From Deltaproteobacteria bacterium (GTDB lineage Bacteria > Desulfobacterota > Desulfobulbia > Desulfobulbales > S012-135), in the NCBI GenBank assembly GCA_015488275.1, contig WFOD01000287.1:1-48902 (forward strand): a DNA stretch of 48,902 nucleotides, read 5' to 3'. The position numbers and the translations under genes are program-made. Shown here piece by piece: positions 38,318-46,857 of this stretch. The first letter of the stretch is position 1. Every line of letters begins with the position of its first letter. Below the pieces are notes generated by a model. The model saw only the letters and a program-made list of their open reading frames with translations, was not told the DNA's origin and did not search any database.

Positions 38318-39955
38318 TTATCGGGAGCGAGAACGGTTGAGGAGGCCGGCCGCGTCGAGCAGGTGGCGGGGCAGGTCATCGGCTGTTGGCGGAGCTTCCG
38401 CCTCTTGCCGCCGCTGCTGGGCAAAGATGTCGAGCAGCCGGTTGGCCAGGGCCTTGCCGAGCTGTACGCCTTCTTGGTCAAAGGAGTTGATGTTCCAGAC
38501 AAAGCCCTGAAAGGCGATCTTGGCCTCGTACAGGGCCAGGAGGGCTCCCATAGCGCGGGGCGTGAGGCGGTCGGCGATGAGGATACAGCTTGGCCGGTTG
38601 CCGGCGAACCGCTTGTTGGGGTTGTCGTGCGGCCGCCCGGTGGCCAGGGCCAGGGCCTGCGCCAGGATGTTGGCAAGGAGTTTTTCCTGCGATGTCGTGC
38701 CGTCCACCTCGGTGTCTTCGCCGTACTGGCTTTGCCGGAAGGCGATAAACTCGGCCGGGACCACGGTGGTTCCCTGGTGAAGGAGTTGGTAGAAGGCGTG
38801 CTGGCCGTTGGTGCCTGGTTCGCCCCAAACGATGGGGCCGGTTTGGAAGGACACGGTCTGGCCCAGCCGGTCGATGGACTTGCCGTTGCTTTCCATGTCG
38901 CATTGCTGGAGATGGGCGGGAAAGCGGTGCAGGGCCTGACTGTACGGCAGCACGGCCACGGTCTCCATACCGAGAAAGTTGCGGTTCCAGATACCGATGA
39001 GGGCGAGGAGCAGGGGAAGGTTGTCTGTGATCTGCGGCCGGGCCGCCACTTCGTCCATTTCGTGCGCGCCGCGCAGGATCTCGACAAAGGCGTCGTAGCC
39101 GAGCAGAAAGGCGAGCGGCACGCCGCCCACCATTGAAGTGGCCGAATAGCGGCCGCCGATGAAGTCGAACATGAAAAAGGAGCGCAGGTAGCGTTCGGGA
39201 TCGTCCATCGGACTTCCCTTGCCGGTCACGGCCAGGATGCGGCGGCGTGGATCGCAGCCGGCCTGGAGAAAGAACCGGCGGACCAACTCCTCGTTGGTGC
39301 GGGTCTCAAGCGTTGTGCCGCTTTTGGAAACCACGCAGGCCAAGGTTCGGGCCGGCTCCACCTTGCGCAGCACGGCGGCGGCGTCGTCGGGATCCACGTT
39401 GGCGATAAAGTGTACGCGGCGGCCCGGCAGGGCAAAGGGCTGCAAGGCCAGGGCCAGGGCCCGGGGGCCAAGATCCGAGCCGCCGATGCCGATGCAGACC
39501 AGATCGGTGAACGGCTCGCCCGCCTCGTTGAGCAGCGCGCCAGAGGCCAGGTCCTGGGTGAACTCGTGGAGCCTGGCCAACTGCTGTTTGGCCAGTTCCG
39601 TGGCCTGCGGATGCTTGGGCGTAGCAGAAAAGATATCGCGGCAGGCGGTGTGGAGCACGGCGCGGTTTTCACACTCGTATCCCACGATCCGGTTCATGAC
39701 CACGCCGCGCCGCATCATGTCGAACTGCTCCACGGCCCGGCGCTGGTCGGCAAGCTCCTGGAGGGCGGCGAGCGTCTGGTCGTCGAGCCGCGCAAAGGCG
39801 TAGAGCAGATCAAATCCTGCGCCTGAGGCGCGGTAGCGCTGCAACCGCTCCGGGGTGAGCAGACCTGGGGCGGTGAGATCGCATGGCCTGCTGGCCAGCT
39901 CCAGGAGGCGGCGGTATGCCGGGGTCGTTCGCCAGTCTTGCAGGTAGGTTTCCAT
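38318..39955 (-). CDS. pgi: Glucose-6-phosphate isomerase
   Basis: ENRAVLH, GIGGSDLGP, SKSGTT.ET, GGRYS, MESNGK, GTNGQHAF and FDQ.GV.LGK. Start METY at 39955. Confidence 0.96.
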   Translation of the reverse strand: METYLQDWRTTPAYRRLLELASRPCDLTAPGLLTPERLQRYRASGAGFDLLYAFARLDDQTLAALQELADQRRAVEQFDMMRRGVVMNRIVGYECENRAVLHTACRDIFSATPKHPQATELAKQQLARLHEFTQDLASGALLNEAGEPFTDLVCIGIGGSDLGPRALALALQPFALPGRRVHFIANVDPDDAAAVLRKVEPARTLACVVSKSGTTLETRTNEELVRRFFLQAGCDPRRRILAVTGKGSPMDDPERYLRSFFMFDFIGGRYSATSMVGGVPLAFLLGYDAFVEILRGAHEMDEVAARPQITDNLPLLLALIGIWNRNFLGMETVAVLPYSQALHRFPAHLQQCDMESNGKSIDRLGQTVSFQTGPIVWGEPGTNGQHAFYQLLHQGTTVVPAEFIAFRQSQYGEDTEVDGTTSQEKLLANILAQALALATGRPHDNPNKRFAGNRPSCILIADRLTPRAMGALLALYEAKIAFQGFVWNINSFDQEGVQLGKALANRLLDIFAQQRRQEAEAPPTADDLPRHLLDAAGLLNRSRSR

Positions 39956-40011
39956 AAGGGTGAGAGGCCTTCGTTGGTTTTGTCCGCCGGGCGGCAAAAG
40001 GGGAAGCAAGA

Positions 40012-40174
40012 GTATCTGGTCACAGGGCACCCCATCTGCGGCGTCATCAGCACGCTTGCGTAGCTCCCAGCACGCGGCGCGTGCCTCTTCCTTGCATCTG
40101 GGGCGCCCTGCAACCAGATACCCGGTCCGCGAGATCGCGACTTCGGCATACGAAGGAGCAACTCCGTGACCAGT
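40012..40174. repeat. ~163-bp palindromic MITE/REP-like element, copy B (upstream of pgi)
   Basis: Aligns with 28518-28681. The termini CTGGTCAC...GTGACCAG are inverted repeats. Confidence 0.8.
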
Positions 40175-40239
40175 TCCAAGCAAGACGGGTCAAGGCCCGC
40201 CGCCCGGCAAGGTTCCAGGGAAATAACGACAGTTTTGCC

Positions 40240-40268
40240 TTGACAACCGTAAGGTCTCGCAATACGCT
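40240..40268 (+). promoter_or_regulatory. Putative sigma70 promoter of the J-domain gene
   Basis: TTGACA-17 nt-TACGCT. Confidence 0.5.
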
Positions 40269-40372
40269 CCTTGGATATATCTATTTGCACGCACTATTGC
40301 AGGAGCGGCAACGCCTGTCAAGCCGGTGGAACATTCCCTGTCCGGTTCCGGCTCCATCCTGGAGGTGACTTG

Positions 40373-41242
40373 ATGACGGCCGTGGTGGCGGAGCACCAAC
40401 TGTATCGCGCCTGCGAGATCCTGTTCGGCAGCGAGTTGCGCCTGTCGCGCGAGTTTCTCGAATACTTGCAGCCAGCAGGGGTCAAAAGCGCTTTCCGGCG
40501 GCGGGCGCGGGAGACCCATCCCGATACTGCGGCGGCTGGTGACCAGGAAGCGCAACAGCGCTGCTCTGTGCTGTTTCACGACGTCAAACAGGCCTACGAA
40601 GACCTGCTCGCCTATCTCGACGCCCGGGAGAAAGGCTACCGGCTCTGTGGCCCAGGCAACAACGGCCACTCTCGAGGGCCGGCTTGGGCGGCGGCCGAGC
40701 CGGGCGACGGCGCGACGCACCGGCACCGGCCGGAGCGTAACGGCAAGGGCCACGCCTGGAGCGGAGGGAGCGCGCGCCGTTTCAGGCGCGCCGGGGAAAA
40801 GGGCTGGCAGGAGCGCTTGCAGCGGCGTTACCAAGGACCTATGCCCCAGCGCCCCTTGTTGTTCGGTCATTTCTTGTACTACGCCGGTGAGGTCTCCTGG
40901 CGCCAGGTCATCCAGGCCCTGGTCTGGCAGCGGCAGCAGCGGCCGCGCCTGGGCGAGCTCGGCCGCCGTTTAGGTTGGCTCTCCGAGGCCGATATCCTCC
41001 AGGTGCTCGATCGGCGTCTTCCCCTGCGGCCGTTCGGCGAAGAAGCGGTCCGCCTGGGGCTGCTCGACGAGCCCCGTTTGCGCGTCCTCGTCTGGCAACA
41101 GCGCCGGCTCCAGCGGAGATTCGGCGATTATTTCGTTGAGCACGCCATCCTTTCCGGGCCGCGGGTGGAGACGCTTGCCGCCCGTCACCGGCAGCACAAC
41201 CTGCGCTACGCCCGTACGCGGCAGCAGAGCGGGAGCTGCTGA
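40373..41242 (+). CDS. J-domain (DnaJ-type) protein with C-terminal MshEN-like repeats
   Basis: GGAGGTG RBS; VKSAFRRRARETHPD...FHDVKQAYE.L; C-terminal RLGELGRRLGWLS-type repeats. Confidence 0.85.
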   Translation: MTAVVAEHQLYRACEILFGSELRLSREFLEYLQPAGVKSAFRRRARETHPDTAAAGDQEAQQRCSVLFHDVKQAYEDLLAYLDAREKGYRLCGPGNNGHSRGPAWAAAEPGDGATHRHRPERNGKGHAWSGGSARRFRRAGEKGWQERLQRRYQGPMPQRPLLFGHFLYYAGEVSWRQVIQALVWQRQQRPRLGELGRRLGWLSEADILQVLDRRLPLRPFGEEAVRLGLLDEPRLRVLVWQQRRLQRRFGDYFVEHAILSGPRVETLAARHRQHNLRYARTRQQSGSC

Positions 41243-41278
41243 GCGCAAGAAGGCCCGCCACTCCCCGTCGCCTCCCTC

Positions 41279-43108
41279 TTGCATTACTGGTGGAAGTCTG
41301 CCTTGTTTTACAACAATATCATCTACCTACTGGTCGTTATTCTCCTCTTTTCGGCCAGTACTGTGCCGGAAACGCCCCAACTCCCCCCTCTGTGGAGCCT
41401 GGCGCTGTTCGCCGCCAAGCTGTTCGCCTTTCGGGAGGTTTGCAGGGCCCTGTTTCGTCCTTTTCGCGCCACCTCACCGCCACGCTACTTTGCCGCTGAA
41501 CAACGTCTCTCCATACTGGCCATCGTCATGGTGGCGGTGGACATCTATCTGCTGGACTGCCAGTACTACATTGCCCGCTTGCCGTTCGTAGGCCTCCTGC
41601 CCTCTCTGGTGGACGGGGTGGGCATGGCGGTGTTTTTCTTTTATCTGGCGGTGATGTGGGCCGAGGCGGTGGACGCTTACGGCGTCGTTTTTGGCCGCCG
41701 CTATTCCCGCGGCCGGTTCGTGCTCAACAGCCTGAAGGCCAACGTGCCGGTCGTCCTGCCTTGGTTCCTCCTGTCGCTTTTATCCGATCTTTTGCGGTGG
41801 TTGCCCATCTCCTGGCTGGGCCGCTTTCTCGACACCGCTTGGGGCGAATGGGCGGTGCTCATGCTGTTCTTCCTCGTCCTTGCCGTGTTCTTTCCGGTCA
41901 TCGTCACCCGGATGTGGAACTGCACGCCGCTTCCCTCCGGCGAGACGCGGCAGCGGATCGAGCGTTTTTGCCGCCGCCAGGGGGTCCGCTACGCCGACAT
42001 TCTCCTTTGGCCGTTGTTCGAAGGGCAGGTGCTTACCGCCGGCGTGCTCGGCATTGTTGGGCGTTACCGGTATCTGCTCGTAACCCCCGCCCTGTTGCAT
42101 ACCGTGACCCCAGAAGAGGTGGAGGCGGTCATGGCCCACGAGCTGGGACATGTGAAGTACCGCCACATGTACCTCTACCTCTTTCTCTTTTTGGGGTTTG
42201 GTCTTCTTTCGCAGGTGGTGAGCTATCCAGCCCTGTCGCTCCTGTTGGATTCAGACCTGTTTTACTGGTTTGTGGATATTGCGGACAAAGAACCGAACTC
42301 GGCCCTGACCCTGGTGACCACTGTGTCGATGATGGGGCTGCTCGTGGTCTATTTCCGTTTTGTGTTCGGTTTTTTCATGCGCAACTTTGAGCGGCAGGCA
42401 GACCTGCACGCCTGGGAGGTGATGGGCAGTGGCCGTCCTCTGGCCTCGGTGCTCGAAAAGATCGCTGTGTTGAGCGGCGATATCCGTGATCTGCCGAGCT
42501 GGCACCATTTTGGCATCGGTCAGCGGGTCGCGTTTCTCGAGCGGTGCGACCGCGATCCCCGGGCAGCCGCCGGGCATCACCGGAAGGTACGGGCCGCCCT
42601 TTTCGCTTACTGCGCTGTGCTCGCCCTGGCCGGGGCGCTGCTCTTTCAGATGCCCAGCGATCTTTTGGAAGGCGCGCCACGGGAGAAGTTCGCCGCCGCT
42701 GTGCTCCAGCAGCGGATCGAACAGGAGCCGCAGAACTATGTCTGGCGTCTTTTGCTCGCCGATTTGGAGCAGAGCCGCCACCGCTACGCCGAGGCCATTG
42801 CCGCTTACGAGGAAGCGCGGCGGCTGGCTCCTGCCAATGCCGACATCATGAACAACCTTGCCTGGCTCTACCTGACGGCCGAGGACCCGCGTTTCCGTGA
42901 CTACGACATGGCCCTCATCCTGGCCCGTGAGGCCGCCCGCCTGAAGGCCGCAGGCTATATCTACGATACCTTGGCGCTCGCCTATTGGGAGAACGGCTAT
43001 CCCGAGTTGGCCATCAAGGCAGAGGAGCGGGCCCTGGCCCTGGACCCTGCCAACGCAGTGTACTACCGCCAGCAACTGGCAAAGTTTCGCCAGGGGGAAG
43101 AAGAGTGA
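41279..43108 (+). CDS. M48-family membrane zinc metalloprotease with C-terminal TPRs
   Basis: HELGH (HExxH), FERQAD, multiple TMs, and TPR motifs NNLAWLY and DTLALAY. Start approximate. Confidence 0.9.
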   Translation: MHYWWKSALFYNNIIYLLVVILLFSASTVPETPQLPPLWSLALFAAKLFAFREVCRALFRPFRATSPPRYFAAEQRLSILAIVMVAVDIYLLDCQYYIARLPFVGLLPSLVDGVGMAVFFFYLAVMWAEAVDAYGVVFGRRYSRGRFVLNSLKANVPVVLPWFLLSLLSDLLRWLPISWLGRFLDTAWGEWAVLMLFFLVLAVFFPVIVTRMWNCTPLPSGETRQRIERFCRRQGVRYADILLWPLFEGQVLTAGVLGIVGRYRYLLVTPALLHTVTPEEVEAVMAHELGHVKYRHMYLYLFLFLGFGLLSQVVSYPALSLLLDSDLFYWFVDIADKEPNSALTLVTTVSMMGLLVVYFRFVFGFFMRNFERQADLHAWEVMGSGRPLASVLEKIAVLSGDIRDLPSWHHFGIGQRVAFLERCDRDPRAAAGHHRKVRAALFAYCAVLALAGALLFQMPSDLLEGAPREKFAAAVLQQRIEQEPQNYVWRLLLADLEQSRHRYAEAIAAYEEARRLAPANADIMNNLAWLYLTAEDPRFRDYDMALILAREAARLKAAGYIYDTLALAYWENGYPELAIKAEERALALDPANAVYYRQQLAKFRQGEEE

Positions 43109-43174
43109 TGTCCTCCAAGAGGAGAAAAGGCCCTTGTCTTTTTGGCCGGCTCTGTTTATATATTAACCCGTGCT

Positions 43175-43250
<76 letters not shown>

Positions 43251-43262
43251 TTTCGTCAGAAC

Positions 43263-43293
43263 AAGGAGCCGAACGGTCGGCTCCTTTTTTTTT
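43263..43293 (+). terminator. Terminator after tRNA-Val
   Basis: AAGGAGCCGA-ACGG-TCGGCTCCTT followed by a T run. Confidence 0.8.
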
Positions 43294-43338
43294 GGTACGC
43301 CAGGCATGGCGCGCAGCGCCGTGAGTGCGCACCAAATA

Positions 43339-43419
43339 AAAAAGCCCGCAAACCGTTGTGGCTTGCGGGTTTTGTGGACTTCCTTGGAAGCCCTTGGATG
43401 TAAACATGGTGCGAAGGCC
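43339..43419. repeat. Left att direct repeat, including a tRNA-3'-end-like core (minus strand GGCCTTCGCACCA)
   Basis: 43345-43412 is identical to 48835-48902 (68 bp; 74 bp with one mismatch) and includes a terminator hairpin. Confidence 0.85.
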
Positions 43420-43480
43420 ACACCCACTTTCGCATGTATCACCTTGAAATTGAATAGTTTTTATTTAGAAACCTTAAAAA

Positions 43481-43501
43481 TTGCCCCCAAAGTTGCCCCC
43501 A
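43481..43501. repeat. Integrase arm-type repeats (TTGCCCCCAAAGTTGCCCCCA)
   Basis: The same motif occurs three times at 48741-48782 upstream of int. Confidence 0.65.
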
Positions 43502-43803
43502 GATGATCGCCGCTGGGAGGCATTGGGGAGCGCAAAATACCTGTTCACCCCGCCGCGCCAGCATGGCATTTGAGGGATAGGGGGTGGCGTTTTCTGGGGC
43601 CGCAAAGGTCTAGACCGGCGGCCCACCCAATTTTTTTCCGGCGCAGGTTGGTCCCCAAGCGATGGCAAACTTGTCGAAAAAACATTAACTTTTGCTAAAA
43701 TCAGGCAAAGAATTGATTACAAACTTATTAAACTCCGGCTGGCCCCTTGGTCCCACCGATCACCGGGAAGACCATGCCGCACCGCTCACACCGCCAGCCG
43801 TCC

Positions 43804-44211
43804 TCAACGGCCGTGTATGTCGCGTTGCCGCCACCTACCGCACCCCGTTCCTTTCGCCCGCACCGTCCGTCGGTCAGGGGCCGCCTCTTGGCGTTCCCCG
43901 CACCGCTTCAGGTCCGCCGGCAGCCGCCGCCACCCCTCACGCCAGGGGCCGCCGGGCAACGGTCGGACACAACCGGCACCAACACCAGGGATGATCTCCA
44001 GAGCGTTGCAGCCATGACAGCAGGGCGGGACAGAGGCCGGCTCGTGCTGGTCTGGTACAGGTAATTTCCCTCCTTCGGGGGGCGAATCGGGCGAATTGGG
44101 CGAAAACGTTTTGATTTCAGCACGTTGCCTTGGGCGAATGCGGGGCGAATCGGGGCGAATTTCGGGCGAATCATCGAAAAGTTCGGCCAGCAATGCCATT
44201 ACCCTGCTCAT
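43804..44211 (-). CDS. Hypothetical protein overlapping iteron array 1
   Basis: ATGA overlap with the primase stop; contains CCHGC and two further Cys; part of its sequence is dictated by the repeats. Confidence 0.4.
   Translation of the reverse strand: MSRVMALLAELFDDSPEIRPDSPRIRPRQRAEIKTFSPNSPDSPPEGGKLPVPDQHEPASVPPCCHGCNALEIIPGVGAGCVRPLPGGPWREGWRRLPADLKRCGERQEAAPDRRTVRAKGTGCGRWRQRDIHGR
44080..44170 (+). repeat. Iteron-like array 1: 7x GGGCGAA
   Basis: Copies start at 44080, 44089, 44098, 44132, 44143, 44153 and 44164. Confidence 0.8.
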
Positions 44212-46646
44212 CTCTCCATCTCCCGCGTGACAGCGAAAACGATGCCTTCGTTTTCTTCCACCAGGCCCACCTCACCCAAGACTGCCAGCGCGGTATCACG
44301 CCGGGACTGGGATCGTAGATGCTTGGGCGTGACGAGTTTGAGCATGGCGCTCTTGGGGTATTGCAAGCCTGGCCGACGCAACAGCCATTCGTACAGTTGC
44401 AGCGCCCACACTCGTCCCTCGTCGTCATCCTTGCCGTCGAAGACGCGCAGCCATGAATCGAGGGAATACGTGGCTAAGGTGATACCGTTCCTCATTGCCC
44501 CTTCGTCGATTTCCCGTTGCCCGTCGAAAACGGACAACACGGCGGCAATGCGTAGTGCTTGTTCTGTAGCGCGAACCGCGAACGGTTTGATGAGTTTCAG
44601 TATCCCCTCCTCGGTTTTGGCCTGAACCTGCATCTTCTCGTAGAATCTGCACGCCAGCGCCAGCGCCTTCTCCGTGGGACGAATCACGGGAAGGCCAGAG
44701 CAGTCTTCTCCAAGCTCACGGGCCAAGAATTCACGGCACTGAGACCAAAATTCACGGATCGCTGAAAAGCTCTCAGGTTTAAATGGCCGCGCCTTGAGCG
44801 GCCCTGTTGGGGCCGGGCTAGCCAAAAGGAAGCGGGGCCAGAAGCCAACCGTTGTCAACAACGGGTCATGGATTGCCTGATGGGCGATGTCCGGCTGGAC
44901 AAGCCAATGGATCGACAATCGGCGGTCGTAAAGCTGGAGACGGCCGTCCTTGCCTCGCGCAACGGAAAGCTCGCCACCGTCCCATAGCGAGTTGAAATTA
45001 CCAGCCGTCTTCCCTCGCTGCTCCTCGCTCATGCCGTAGCCGGCCAGCATGACGGCAGCTTCACTCGTGAAAACGCCTTGTGACGGAAGCCCCTCTTTGA
45101 AGCCGCGTCGAATTCCCTCGACCGTGCCGTCTTTCAACACCCGGTAAGGTTCACGGGGGAAGACGATTGGCGAGTCGTCTTGCCGCCGGCCGTTGTTTCG
45201 CCGTTCTTGAAGGATCGCCCGATACCGGCGTCCGTCTTTCCGTTGCTGTTCCGTAATCGGCCGCAGGGCCGCTTCTTCTGCTGTACTTTTCCCTTCGCCG
45301 CTTTCAGCTACGGTCAGACAGTACAGCGACAACGGTTTGGTGCCGGCCAGCGTTTCTACGTTCGCCACGCTTTGCGTCAGGAGCGCCACCGTTGCAAGCA
45401 GGCATTGGCCCGCGATCTCCGCCGGCACCTGCCCATTGGTGACAAGCACCTTGCAAGCACCGGCAAGCGGTCCGAGGGCTTCGACTGGGTATGGGGGGCG
45501 ATCCTGGTCTGTGACGCCCCGGAAGAGAAGCCGCCGCGCCTGCTTGAGCATAACGACAACTTCATTTTCGCCCAAAATTCGCCCCCTTTCGCCCGTGTTT
45601 CGCCCGCCAGAATTCCTTGCCCTGCTTGGGTTTTCGCCCAATTCGCCCCTTTCGCCCCTACGCCGGCCAAAACCGGCCTCCTGCAACGCCTTGGCCGCCG
45701 CCTGAAAGTCGCCGCCGTGCTCCAGGTACGAATACACCGAAAAGGCGGAGTGCGGGCCGGTCGGTATGCTGGCGTTCGTGGAGAAGACGAAGAACCAGCC
45801 ATCCTTTAGCGTGGCGCTCGTTCCCTTTTCCTTTCCTGGCCGTGTCCAATGAGCGCCGCCCGGTCCATGCCTGCCGGTGGGCTTCCACCCGTGTCGTTTC
45901 AGCAAGGCCGGCAGCACGTCGCGCCATCTGGCGTTGTACTCGTCGCCAGGCCGGCCGTGAGGGGTGGCGCTCACTGGTTGTCCGGCAGCTTCCACTGGCT
46001 CCTCGGTGAAGGATTGCGCCAGGACGTGGAGTAGCCGCCGTTCTTCAGCCGTAATGACGGGGCACTTTGTCAACTCCCCAGAGATGGCGCGGTAGCCGGC
46101 CGTCGGGACAGTCAAAAAGTAGCCGCCCTCGCCCCTGGTCTCGATTAGGGTCCGCTTTCCGTCCTGGTCGCGGCCAACGGCTAGTTTCAGGTTGCCGTCC
46201 ACCGGTTTCGCGCATCTGTACACCAGATGGTAGCCACCGGACGGTGTTCCCACCTTGACGGTCAGCTTGGCCGCCAAGTCGGGGTCGATCTGCTCCAGGG
46301 CCTCCAGGAAGGGCTGGAACAGGGTAGGCTCGTCAAAATCGAGGCATTCCAGGTTGCCGGAGACCTTGCCCCCGATCACGGCAAGGCCGCAGCCGTCACG
46401 AAATAGGCGGGCTACCTCCCAGAGAGCCATCGGCTCGGACTGATATTGTCGCCATGAGCGGACCGCCGGGGCCTTCGGCTTGTCGTGATGGGTGGGCGGA
46501 AAGACGGGGAGGACCGAAAAATCAGCCTCTAGCAGCCTAGAGGCCGCCTGTTGGACCAAAGGCGCACTTCGCCTGTTCCCCCCCGGTCCGGGGGCCTGTT
46601 GCCGCAGGCATGGGGATACCTCCTCACGCCTTGCGGGCTTCGGCAA
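44208..46646 (-). CDS. Replication protein: N-terminal Prim-Pol (bifunctional primase/polymerase) domain plus C-terminal DUF3987/YfjI-like P-loop domain
   Basis: LECLDFD, TPSGGYHLVYR and IETRGEGGY Prim-Pol motifs; Walker A AESGEGKS; GFWPRFL. The start is ambiguous (see findings). Confidence 0.82.
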   Translation of the reverse strand: MPKPARREEVSPCLRQQAPGPGGNRRSAPLVQQAASRLLEADFSVLPVFPPTHHDKPKAPAVRSWRQYQSEPMALWEVARLFRDGCGLAVIGGKVSGNLECLDFDEPTLFQPFLEALEQIDPDLAAKLTVKVGTPSGGYHLVYRCAKPVDGNLKLAVGRDQDGKRTLIETRGEGGYFLTVPTAGYRAISGELTKCPVITAEERRLLHVLAQSFTEEPVEAAGQPVSATPHGRPGDEYNARWRDVLPALLKRHGWKPTGRHGPGGAHWTRPGKEKGTSATLKDGWFFVFSTNASIPTGPHSAFSVYSYLEHGGDFQAAAKALQEAGFGRRRGERGELGENPSRARNSGGRNTGERGRILGENEVVVMLKQARRLLFRGVTDQDRPPYPVEALGPLAGACKVLVTNGQVPAEIAGQCLLATVALLTQSVANVETLAGTKPLSLYCLTVAESGEGKSTAEEAALRPITEQQRKDGRRYRAILQERRNNGRRQDDSPIVFPREPYRVLKDGTVEGIRRGFKEGLPSQGVFTSEAAVMLAGYGMSEEQRGKTAGNFNSLWDGGELSVARGKDGRLQLYDRRLSIHWLVQPDIAHQAIHDPLLTTVGFWPRFLLASPAPTGPLKARPFKPESFSAIREFWSQCREFLARELGEDCSGLPVIRPTEKALALACRFYEKMQVQAKTEEGILKLIKPFAVRATEQALRIAAVLSVFDGQREIDEGAMRNGITLATYSLDSWLRVFDGKDDDEGRVWALQLYEWLLRRPGLQYPKSAMLKLVTPKHLRSQSRRDTALAVLGEVGLVEENEGIVFAVTREMER
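45567..45657 (-). repeat. Iteron-like array 2: 7x TTCGCCC (inverted), inside the replication gene linker
   Basis: Copies start at 45567, 45578, 45588, 45599, 45633, 45642 and 45651. Confidence 0.8.
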
Positions 46647-46857
46647 TGGTCTGGTCCATCCATGCCTGGATCTCGCTTTCCAGCCAGACGACAGTGCGGG
46701 GGCCGATAGTGATGGACTTCGGGAAGAGGCCGCGCTTCATGCGTTCATAGATAGTGGTGCGGGCCAGGCCAGTGATGACCATCACGTCCTTGATTCGCAG
46801 GAAGCGACCGGTAGAGGTGGGAGGATGATGTCGGAGAGAATTTGTGTTTGTGGGCAT
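46624..46857 (-). CDS. alpA: AlpA-family regulator/excisionase
   Basis: RFLRIKDVMVITGLARTTIYERMKRGLFPKSITIGPRTVVWLESEIQAWM; GAGGTG RBS. Confidence 0.93.
   Translation of the reverse strand: MPTNTNSLRHHPPTSTGRFLRIKDVMVITGLARTTIYERMKRGLFPKSITIGPRTVVWLESEIQAWMDQTIAEARKA

Noticed and set aside
39956-40183. N-terminal extensions of pgi (to 40183), tilS (from 32314) and bioF (to 20186) in the ORF track
   Set aside because: The extensions run through repeats or neighbouring genes; family homology begins at the downstream starts.
43542-43549. TGTTCACC, identical to the P4 type I iteron
   Set aside because: Single copy; expected by chance.
44080-44170. Possible CRISPR array
   Set aside because: Repeats are 7 bp with mostly 2-4 bp spacers and there are no cas genes; no CRISPR array in the window.
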